Shown: positions 9,348 to 17,763 of the stretch, one piece after another
Position numbering within the stretch: the stretch's first letter is position 1
How the letters are laid out: every line of letters begins with the position of its first letter
IMG/VR virus record: IMGVR_UViG_3300031867_000013
Coordinates: 53,887-117,886 of that record
Reading direction: 5' to 3' (one strand)
Origin: a virus
Lineage: Duplodnaviria; Caudoviricetes
DNA length: 64,000 bases
Translations under genes and position numbers: made by a program
Notes under the pieces: generated by a model
What the model was told of the DNA's origin: nothing
The model's database searches: none
Seen by the model: only the letters and a program-made list of their open reading frames with translations

Positions 9348-9524
9348 TTATTCTTCCTCCTTTTGTACGTCTACGACTTCTTTTACACCCAAGAAACGGA
9401 AATTATGCAAGTCAGAAGGAGTAAACCACTTTTTGCTTGCAATTTTAGCCGCTTCTTTTTCGTTCTTTGCATCAACGTAAATCTCCCCCGTAAAAACAAC
9501 GTCTACTTGCACTTGATACGTCAT
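9348..9524 (-). CDS. 58-aa hypothetical protein MTYQVQVDVVFTGEIYVDAKNEKEAAKIASKKWFTPSDLHNFRFLGVKEVVDVQKEEE
   Basis: AAAGGAGATGTT RBS, upstream promoter and downstream hairpin at about 9311-9336; below the ORF-track size cutoff. Confidence 0.75.
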   Translation of the reverse strand: MTYQVQVDVVFTGEIYVDAKNEKEAAKIASKKWFTPSDLHNFRFLGVKEVVDVQKEEE

Positions 9525-10405
9525 AAGAACATCTCCTTTTCATATAATAAATTCAACCTAACTATATTATACACATTACAGGATATAATGCAAGTGTTTT
9601 TTATAAAAAATCCTAAAATATTTTTCTTTCTATTATAAGGAATTGTCAGAATATTTAGTGTCTTTTGACAATGCACATTTGTTGGAACATTTTGTATTCT
9701 ATATATGGTAAAAATCATACTATTCTGAATATTTGCCTTGCTAGAGTAAGAGATTAAATTTTCAGAAAATTTCAAATTTGTCCACGGCATATCAAAATTT
9801 TCAGAAAAATCTAAATAATATAATACGTCAAATATATCTGAAATGTGCATAAATACTGACAATTAGGAATATTTCGGCGCAAACAAAAAGGAAACATAAT
9901 ATTCAGAAAATTAGGCAATTTTTTCCTATATAGAGAAATACAAATTAGTCAGAAAATTATAAAATATAAGAATAATATAATATGTCAGAATATAGGCGCA
10001 ACATAAAGGAATATGAATTTTCAGATAATTCTTATATATCTTATTATTCTTATATTTCGCGCAAAACAAAAAGGGATAAATATTCAGACAATTATATATA
10101 ATCATATATTTCTATATAATATTATATTTCTATATATAATATAATAATCAGACAATATAGAATATTATATGTATTCTACCAATATACATTTGTCAGAAAG
10201 TTTTGTATTTTCCTATAGGGAAAATTTATACTTTTCTGAAAACTTTCCTTGCGGCACTAAGGAAGTATAATTATCAGAAAATTATGATTTTGTCCACGAA
10301 TAATCTGAAATTTAATATTCTGACAATTTAAAATAAACTTTTTACTTGACAAATACAAATATAGGCAAATAGTACCAATAAAATAGAATGTATGTACGGG
10401 CTGGG

Positions 10406-10490
10406 AAGCCTTGAAATTAAAGGAAAATCGTCTGTATTCGACGAAAAAAGACTACCGAATATAAATATATGCGTACCATATAAAAAACGA
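10406..10490 (+). repeat. 85-bp block repeat, copy B
   Basis: aligns without gaps to 7139-7223. Confidence 0.8.
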
Positions 10491-11310
10491 CTGGCAAGGC
10501 TGCCAGATAGGTTAAAATGGATTTTAAGTATTGACAAAAACCTAAAATTTTATCATTCTTTGACTTTTTGTCCAATAAAGTTATATGTCTATATATAATA
10601 TAAATAGACATAATAATATGAATTGTCAGAAAATTAGGGCGCGGCAAAAAACAAAAAAGAGAAAGAGAATCATTATATATAGAGAGAATATATATCAAAT
10701 GAAAATAATTATTATTATATGATAATGATTATAGCTATATATATAGACAATATTGCTATTTTTCATAGTTTTCTGAAAATTTCTATATTTATGGTTCTTT
10801 AGTGTATTAAAGCACTAAATTAGTATGCTATTAACGTATTTATTCTTCTTTTCTTTAGTATAGTAAAGTAAGCGAGCGAAACAGGGAATATTTTTCACTT
10901 TTTGTCAATACTTCAAATTTTCAAAATTTAATATGAATAAAAACTATTTTCTTAATACTATAAATTTTCTATTTATTATTAATACTCTAAAATATAATTC
11001 TATATATTCTTTCTTTCTATATATCCATATATTTATATACTATCCCTCTTTCTTTTTTGTTTTTTGCGCCCAGGATAGTTTTATATATTATAGTATTATA
11101 TTTATATATATTAGACTTTATATATACTCCCATCTTTTTCTTTGTTTTCCGCGCCAAATATATATTATAGTTATATATAAAACATTATATTATGTATCCT
11201 CTTTTCTTTTTATTTTTGCCGCCAAAATATCCTTGAAATATACTTTATTTTATATATGAAAGTATACTCATATATTCATAAATAAATCAAACATACTTTC
11301 TATTATATAA

Positions 11311-11382
11311 ATATATGAACATATAAATATATGAACAATCATTCATATATATTATATTCTTATATGAACATATATTCATATA
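11311..11382. promoter_or_regulatory. ArsR/SmtB (CzrA-type) operator-like palindromes
   Basis: ATATATGAA-CAATCA-TTCATATAT (11327-11350), TATATGAA-CATATA-TTCATATA (11361-11382), plus a half site at 11311. Confidence 0.6.
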
Positions 11383-11391
11383 TAGACAAAT

Positions 11392-11421
11392 AAAAAAGCA
11401 GGAAAATTATATTCCCTGCTT
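11392..11421 (-). terminator. intrinsic terminator ending the - strand early block
   Basis: AAGCAGG/CCTGCTT stem with an A run on the + strand; related hairpins at about 11841-11875 and 53484-53513. Confidence 0.75.
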
Positions 11422-11541
11422 ATATATATTATAAGTTTTTTATTCCTTTTATAATATTATCTATTTTTTCATTGTATTCCGTTTCAAGTTTATATTGCCT
11501 ATAATCATCACTATATTGTGGATAAGGATATTTATAATTTT

Positions 11542-11775
11542 TTAGTTTTTGAATATATTCTTTTTTGCCAAAATATATTCTTTTATTGTAATTAAATCTT
11601 TGACTTTTTCTTTAAATTGTTGATAATAAGAAGTATTTTTATATTCTTTATATATATTATTTAATTCTTCCCTTGTACTAATATATCCATCATTAAAATA
11701 TATAGTTTTGTTGTTTTCTGCAATACTTAATAAATATGCTTTTCCTTTTAATTTAACCATTTTAATTTTTAACAT
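11542..11775 (-). CDS. hypothetical early protein (possible -1 frameshift extension to 11429)
   Basis: AAGGAGATG RBS and its own promoter at 11797-11825. Confidence 0.6.
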   Translation of the reverse strand: MLKIKMVKLKGKAYLLSIAENNKTIYFNDGYISTREELNNIYKEYKNTSYYQQFKEKVKDLITIKEYILAKKNIFKN

Positions 11776-12082
11776 ATAATCATCTCCTTTTATCTTATAT
11801 TATCATATCTATAGATATTTGTCAATAGAAAAATATAAATAAAAAAGCAGGGAATATATATTTCCCTGCCTTTATTGTTTCAGTATGCCATATTTACTTT
11901 ATATATATTTGTCAGTGATTGTATAGTTTCTTTATAGTCTATTTCTTCATCTATTTTTCTTTCTATATATTGCTTTTTGTTTTCTTCTCTTTCTTCTTTG
12001 CGCTTTTTCTCGATAAATGCTTTTAATTTTTCCCTTGCTGTCATTATATATGCACTTCCCTTCTTTTATTTTTATTGTTTCT

Positions 12083-12421
12083 TTATTTCGTCGTGATTGC
12101 TTTCATAAACTCCTTCAAAAGTTTCTTTACAGCCTTTTCTTTTCCTTCCCATGTTTTATAGCGTTTATCCTTATACATGATTTTTTCTGCTTTTCTGTCA
12201 TATTTCCGCACGATTTCATAGTTAACACTTTGTCCGAAAGGTCGATAACCTGTCACAATGGCGTATCCGTTTATGCTGTAAATATCAGCGTTCCAGCCAT
12301 ATGCGCCGCAAGTATAGCTTTCTGGCAGTTCAAAATGGAGTAGATTTTGCAATTCACAATAACCAACAGAAAAACAATCATAATACCGCATAATTTCGCT
12401 TTTCTTTGCCTTGTACTTCAT
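12083..12421 (-). CDS. conserved phage hypothetical protein (VGYC...G.YGWN.D.Y...TGYRPFG)
   Basis: AAGGAGATGTT RBS and promoter. Confidence 0.7.
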   Translation of the reverse strand: MKYKAKKSEIMRYYDCFSVGYCELQNLLHFELPESYTCGAYGWNADIYSINGYAIVTGYRPFGQSVNYEIVRKYDRKAEKIMYKDKRYKTWEGKEKAVKKLLKEFMKAITTK

Positions 12422-12559
12422 TAAAAACATCTCCTTTTTAATATATAGGTTATTTCCATTTACTGATTATATACTAGCACAATATTATATATTTGTCAAG
12501 CATTAAAAATAAAAAAAATATAAGAAAAGGACAAGAATTTTTTCTTGTCCCTTTGTTCT

Positions 12560-12760
12560 TTATATTTCCATGTTTTCTATAGAATCACAAATACTTTCTA
12601 TTTCAATTCTTTGTTGCCATAACTTTTTATATACTTCATCTTTTTCATATTTATTTATATCATCATTATATAATTCTTTTATTGTCTTTTCTTCCTGCTT
12701 CATTTCTTCGACAATCTTCGACAATACTTCATAAATAACTGTATACTGTTTGAACGTCAT
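12560..12760 (-). CDS. hypothetical protein
   Basis: AAGGAGATGTT RBS. Confidence 0.6.
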   Translation of the reverse strand: MTFKQYTVIYEVLSKIVEEMKQEEKTIKELYNDDINKYEKDEVYKKLWQQRIEIESICDSIENMEI

Positions 12761-13105
12761 TATAAAACATCTCCTTTTTATATTGTTACATTTATATTGT
12801 TACATTAAAAATATAAACTGCAAGAAAAACAATAAAGCTACAAAAAAGAATCATATCTAAAGCAATAAAATCAATTTCTTCGTACTCCTTCGGATTTCTA
12901 AAAAATGATTGTTTCATATAAACATCTCCTTTCTTTATGCTATCATTATATCATATACACATAATGTTTCAATAGTCTTTTTGTCCTATTATATATTTAT
13001 AGTACATATAATTTTTAATCAAAAAAAATAGTACGTCTATATAGACGTACTAAAAAGAAAGGAAAGGAATATATATAAATAGAAGGGTAAACAAATATAA
13101 TATAT

Positions 13106-13498
13106 TTATATCATAAATAATATATCTTTCATCCATGTTTTATAAGATTTTACTGCTTGTTTTTCTTCTTTCGTGCTATATGTTTCTATTTTATAACCAA
13201 AATTTTTATATACCATATCACCATATTTCTTAAATTTCGAGCCGTGATTCATACATCCTCGACAAGTATGGCATAATTCATGCATTATAGTATTAATTAA
13301 ACTTTGTTTTCCTGCATATAACGCAATTCCCGAAAAAGTGATTGTATATTTTCCATCATTATTTATTTCTGTTATAGCAAAATACTTGGCGTTTTTCCTT
13401 GCAATCTTTATTTCACCAATAACGCCACAAGGAATTTTTACTTCTTTCATATCTTTCCTTATCTGCAAGACAAGGTTTTTCAATTCTTCAATTCTCAT
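13106..13498 (-). CDS. SprT-like zinc metalloprotease
   Basis: NTIMHELCH...NHGSKF (HExxH...HG.xF); start at MRIEE after GGGGAG. Confidence 0.75.
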   Translation of the reverse strand: MRIEELKNLVLQIRKDMKEVKIPCGVIGEIKIARKNAKYFAITEINNDGKYTITFSGIALYAGKQSLINTIMHELCHTCRGCMNHGSKFKKYGDMVYKNFGYKIETYSTKEEKQAVKSYKTWMKDILFMI

Positions 13499-13640
13499 TG
13501 TATAAACTCCCCTTTCCTTTGTATGCTTGCATTGTAGCACAAGAAAGGAATTTATACAATAGGACAAAAGACATAAATTATATAATATCTTTTGTCCCAT
13601 TGTAAAACATTATATCTACAGTTTATATATAGTTTATATA

Positions 13641-14273
13641 TTATCCTCTATAGATTGTACCATCACTATTATATATTTCTCTATCATCTTCAAGCAATCT
13701 TTCGCGCCAATTTTCTTCTGAATCATATTCTTCCGCCGCTTCAAGGATAGTTTTGCATAGTTTATCTTCTACATCCTCAATAAAATCCGCTACAGAAAAA
13801 GAAACGTGCTTTTTAATGTTATTAATGTATTCTAAATATATATCATGTACCACGAAATCAATATACAAACCACTGATGGAAGAAAACTCTTTAATTGCCT
13901 TGCTATAGCGTTTTTTATATGTATATTTGCCATTAATATATTTTCCATTTGTACTATAATATTTTCCTTTGACAAACGGGGAAATAAAGTTATTGTAAAT
14001 ATATTTCAATGCTCTAATATCTTTCAAATCATCTGCAATGTCATCAAAGGAAAATTCAATATGAGACGGCGAACAAGTAGAAAATTCATAGTCTACCTTT
14101 TTATCTGCTCCCATAGTATAAGCAATGTCAGACAATGCATCAATTTCGGGGCGTACCTCATCCCAATAAAACATATTATCACTTTGCGCTTTTTCTATAA
14201 TTTTATCCTGCTTATCTTTTGACAATTCATCAAACCTATACAGCTTTACCATGATTTCCTTCATTTTATACAT
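13641..14273 (-). CDS. hypothetical early protein (YxFDELS N-terminus)
   Basis: 210-aa ORF with promoter at 14296-14324. Confidence 0.65.
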   Translation of the reverse strand: MYKMKEIMVKLYRFDELSKDKQDKIIEKAQSDNMFYWDEVRPEIDALSDIAYTMGADKKVDYEFSTCSPSHIEFSFDDIADDLKDIRALKYIYNNFISPFVKGKYYSTNGKYINGKYTYKKRYSKAIKEFSSISGLYIDFVVHDIYLEYINNIKKHVSFSVADFIEDVEDKLCKTILEAAEEYDSEENWRERLLEDDREIYNSDGTIYRG

Positions 14274-14330
14274 CTCCTTTTCTTATTGTAAACACATTAT
14301 ATCATATAATGTTTTATCTGTCAATATATT

Positions 14331-14585
14331 TTATTCAAAAACATACAAAACTTTTTCGGAAGGAAAAGAAATATTTGCTTTTTCTTTAAGTTTAGCAATA
14401 ATTTCTTCCTTGTTCCACTGTGTTGTAATGGAGTTATCGTTATTTATCCTGCCAATACCTATATTTTTCGCTCCTTCCCTTGAAATAACTTTATATTGAT
14501 TATCCTGCATAAGTGTATAGATATAAACACGATACAAATGATTTCCATTAATGTCATAACCATTTTCTTTGATTCTTGCAAACAT
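14331..14585 (-). CDS. hypothetical protein
   Basis: RBS and own promoter. Confidence 0.65.
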   Translation of the reverse strand: MFARIKENGYDINGNHLYRVYIYTLMQDNQYKVISREGAKNIGIGRINNDNSITTQWNKEEIIAKLKEKANISFPSEKVLYVFE

Positions 14586-14656
14586 ATATAAACATCTCCT
14601 TTTCTTTATTCTGATTGTATTATATCACAGGAAAATTATTTTGTCAATACTTATTT

Positions 14657-14866
14657 TTATAATTCTTTTATTCCTCCTAATTGATAAATAGCTTTGCCAT
14701 TATTCCATCCGTTAAAATGAACATACCAAGTATAACCTTTATAATGAATATAATGGCTATATTCTCCATGATAGACAATACGTTCAATATATTTATATAC
14801 TCCTATTTTATTCTTTTCGGGATTGTCACATCTGATAATAATTGTTGCTTTAGTTTTGTGTTTCAT
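14657..14866 (-). CDS. hypothetical protein
   Basis: RBS and own promoter. Confidence 0.6.
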   Translation of the reverse strand: MKHKTKATIIIRCDNPEKNKIGVYKYIERIVYHGEYSHYIHYKGYTWYVHFNGWNNGKAIYQLGGIKEL

Positions 14867-15030
14867 ATTTACATCTCCTTTATATAATGGTTCTTTGTTT
14901 ATCTGTTTATACTATATCATACTTTTAATGTTTTTACAATAGGACGATATTCCTAAATGTATATATGTAATTAAAATATGTATGCAAATTAAAAAGGAGT
15001 AGGAAATATATCCTACTCCTTTTGTGTGTT

Positions 15031-15354
15031 TTACTTCTTTGCTTTCTTGGTATCAGCTTTCTTTTCTGCTTTGACTTCCTGCTTACTTTCCTTGACTTCC
15101 TGCTTGTTTTCCAAAAGCTCCTTCACAACATCTGCTACAGTCTTACCGTTGATTGCCATTGCCTTGATGGCGTCGCGGCTATCCTTATATACCGTAATGT
15201 TCACAAGACCCAGCTTCGCGGCTCGATTTTTCGCGTATTGCTTCTGTTTTTCCTGCCAATTCTTCTTAACTTCAACCTTGCAATCATCACAATACCTTAC
15301 AGCCGCCGACGTAGCCTCAAACTCCTTACCGCACATTGCACAAAAACGCTTCAT
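15031..15354 (-). CDS. zinc-finger protein with basic C-terminal tail, putative DNA-binding
   Basis: CxxC-x12-CxxC motif; KKADTKKAKK tail. Confidence 0.65.
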   Translation of the reverse strand: MKRFCAMCGKEFEATSAAVRYCDDCKVEVKKNWQEKQKQYAKNRAAKLGLVNITVYKDSRDAIKAMAINGKTVADVVKELLENKQEVKESKQEVKAEKKADTKKAKK

Positions 15355-15491
15355 AATTAATACATCTCCTTTTAATATTTTGTTGATTGATTTTTACTGT
15401 TTACATTATAGCATATGTTTTTCTGTTTGTCAATACTTTTTTTATTTTTTATTTCAATACACATCACTTCCCTATAATATATACATTGTTA

Positions 15492-15749
15492 TTATCTCAT
15501 CAGATTTTCCAAGTTATGCAACACACCTTTTGCAGTATTCATAACGATTGTTTCAACCATTGCTTCAACCATCGCACCATAATGTTGTGGCAAATCGAAA
15601 GGATTTTCGCAAGACAAAGGGGAAATAATTCCTTCTTGTGTTTCGATTTCACTTCCACCGCCGATAAACAATACAGGCTTGTTTGTTTTTCTGTCAAAAT
15701 AGATTGTCAATCCCATTTGCAAATCTTTGTCCCATTTTCGTTTCTCCAT
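15492..15749 (-). CDS. hypothetical protein
   Basis: start at MEKRKW after AAGGAGATGTT. Confidence 0.55.
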   Translation of the reverse strand: MEKRKWDKDLQMGLTIYFDRKTNKPVLFIGGGSEIETQEGIISPLSCENPFDLPQHYGAMVEAMVETIVMNTAKGVLHNLENLMR

Positions 15750-15938
15750 AACAACATCTCCTTTTAATATTTTATTGTTTCCTTTGATTGTCTTTAGTAT
15801 ATCACAAACATTTCTATTTGTCAATACTTTTTTTTATTTTTTTTGAAGTTTTTTATTTCCATAAATCACTTCTTTCTTGTTTCATTGTCTGTATTATATC
15901 ATATTATGTTTTGTTTGTCAATACATATTTTAATATTT

Positions 15939-16253
15939 TTACAAAAGATTTTTGTTATCCCAAAACCACATCCCAAAAACATCTCCAAAGTATTCCCGCA
16001 ACATATGAGTATAAATAATATATTTTTGGTGATTCGTTACATGGAGAAAATGAATCTTAATATCATCTTTATATATCACTACTTCAAAATCAATATAAGT
16101 ATCATAAAATCCATTTTCATCCATATAATCATATGTATTATAGAAGTGAAGTTTTCCTCTTGTATCAATTTTATGTTCCCATTTGCCATTGAATCCACTA
16201 CCATGAGGAAGGGAATCAATAATACTGTAAATCTTTTCTTCCGTATACTTCAT
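15939..16253 (-). CDS. conserved phage hypothetical protein (LPHGSGF motif)
   Basis: start at MKYTEE after AAAGGAG; own promoter. Confidence 0.65.
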   Translation of the reverse strand: MKYTEEKIYSIIDSLPHGSGFNGKWEHKIDTRGKLHFYNTYDYMDENGFYDTYIDFEVVIYKDDIKIHFLHVTNHQKYIIYTHMLREYFGDVFGMWFWDNKNLL

Positions 16254-16319
16254 ATTTATCTCTCCTTTCATATTATGTCTGCATTATATCATAATGTTTT
16301 ATACTTGTCAATACACTTT

Positions 16320-16505
16320 TTAATTATTTCTTTGTTTCTCCATAATTTCTTCTATTTCTTTATTGATAGAAAGTTTAATATAAATATTGTTTCCTTCTAT
16401 ATCCAATAATTTACAATTAATTTCGGGAAGGGAAAGAAGTTTGAAAACCATTTCCTGTAATGTTATCAATTCCCTTTTATACATCTTTACGATTTTATCA
16501 AACAT
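16320..16505 (-). CDS. hypothetical protein
   Basis: AAGGAG RBS. Confidence 0.55.
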   Translation of the reverse strand: MFDKIVKMYKRELITLQEMVFKLLSLPEINCKLLDIEGNNIYIKLSINKEIEEIMEKQRNN

Positions 16506-16519
16506 ATTAAACCATCTCC

Positions 16520-16783
16520 TTATACTGTATAAACTTTATAATCTTTATTATAAAAGAAATTTTTATATCCGTGTTTATTCATCCATTTATGAATCCAAAA
16601 CCATACATAATTAGGAATTGAAACATAATATAAATGTTCTACATAAAATGTTTTATCATTTTCATTTGCTTGTATAAATATCATTTCTTCTTCTAAATAA
16701 GATATAACAGCACGACGGATTTTTGTTTCATGTTTTTCCTGTTCTTTTTCAAGCATTTTCAATATGTTCATTGAAATATCCAT
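16520..16783 (-). CDS. hypothetical protein
   Basis: start at MDISMN after AAAGGAG; own promoter. Confidence 0.55.
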   Translation of the reverse strand: MDISMNILKMLEKEQEKHETKIRRAVISYLEEEMIFIQANENDKTFYVEHLYYVSIPNYVWFWIHKWMNKHGYKNFFYNKDYKVYTV

Positions 16784-17123
16784 TAAATCATCTCCTTTTT
16801 CATTTTGTACTTGCATTATATCATATAATAATCTGTTTGTCAATACATAAAATAAAAAGGGACGTTATATTTCAAACATCCCTTTATATGTAATATAGTC
16901 TATATACATGGACAGTATTTTTATTATACTAATATAGACTATAAAACATCTTATATATCTACTTCAATATGACCATATCGTGTTAATGGTTTTTGTCTTT
17001 TCTTTATTTCTTCTATATAATAATGCTGAAACATAAAATCCTGCTTATGTTTATTATATTCTATTTCAGCTTTTATAGGAAGAATAGGCTCAATAGGTTT
17101 TATTTGTGGTATATCTTTTTGTT

Positions 17124-17300
17124 TCAATAAAAATCATCCTCTGTAAAAATAATTCCATTATATTCATTATATACTTCTTCATCACTAATAATGTTGTCTG
17201 CTTGTGCTAAAGATAACCAATCTGTAGTGGTATCTCTATCGCACAAAATAGATTGTTTCAAGCAAATCATTTGTTCCCGATTCAATTCATGTACACTCAT
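17124..17300 (-). CDS. small acidic hypothetical protein
   Basis: start at MSVHEL after AAAGGAG. Confidence 0.55.
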   Translation of the reverse strand: MSVHELNREQMICLKQSILCDRDTTTDWLSLAQADNIISDEEVYNEYNGIIFTEDDFY

Positions 17301-17403
17301 ATTGTATTCTCCTTTACAATTTGATATATACAGCATATCATATTTTTATAAGTTTGTCAAGAGAAAATTTAAAAAAGGACGTATAAAAACGTCCTTTTTA
17401 TTT

Positions 17404-17733
17404 TTATGCAGTTTTCTTTTTCTCTTTGGGCTTGAAAATCAAATCAATACCATGAGAAGTATTTGCAAATTCAAAACTTCCCTTGTCTTTATTATGCTCA
17501 AAATCATATACATCATAACCACTTGCATAGGCTTTAGCTTCATTTGCGCGTACTTGTTCGTCAATTCGCTTATAATGTGCTTTCAGCTTCACATAAGGCA
17601 ACATAGACATTTTACGCTCTTTTGCAGTTTGTTCTACAAAAAATCCTGCATCTTTTGAAGGAAAACTATATACTTCTCCTGTGTTTTCATTTCCTTTGTA
17701 AACTTTGCCAAGAATATCTTTTACTTGTGCCAT
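17404..17733 (-). CDS. hypothetical protein
   Basis: AAAGGAG RBS; downstream terminator AAAAAGGACGT/ACGTCCTTTTT. Confidence 0.65.
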   Translation of the reverse strand: MAQVKDILGKVYKGNENTGEVYSFPSKDAGFFVEQTAKERKMSMLPYVKLKAHYKRIDEQVRANEAKAYASGYDVYDFEHNKDKGSFEFANTSHGIDLIFKPKEKKKTA

Positions 17734-17763
17734 AATATTATATCTCCTTTTAATGTTTTATAA

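Larger units (their letters stand above)
8893..10781. promoter_or_regulatory. CodY-box clusters III and IV (about 20 sites)
   Basis: perfect AATTTTCTGAAAATT at 8962-8976 and AATTTTCAGAAAATT at 9757-9771; 1-mismatch sites at 8893, 8925, 9796, 9898, 10016, 10269, 10621 and 10767; 2-4 mismatch sites at 9136, 9190, 9207, 9641, 9719, 9944, 10079, 10143, 10188, 10230, 10299 and 10314. Confidence 0.8.

Noticed and set aside
6758-10781. CodY-like repeats as CRISPR repeats
   Set aside because: 15-bp degenerate palindromes with highly irregular spacing; no cas operon. The Cas4-like gene is a typical stand-alone phage exonuclease.
10798-10870. TTTAGTG-N8-CACTAAA and CTTTAG..TAAAG palindromes as CIRCE (HrcA) or FapR sites
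   Set aside because: Spacing and arms do not match TTAGCACTC-N9-GAGTGCTAA or the FapR consensus. They may be operators of another regulator but cannot be assigned.
9252-11259. ORF-track entries in the AT-rich region (for example 9252-9638, 9521-9862, 10328-10698, 10933-11259)
   Set aside because: Low-complexity I/Y/F/N-rich translations with no RBS; likely spurious.
11517-11525. Perfect DnaA box TGTGGATAA
   Set aside because: Single copy lying inside a probable coding extension; near matches at about 9778 and 10290 are degenerate.
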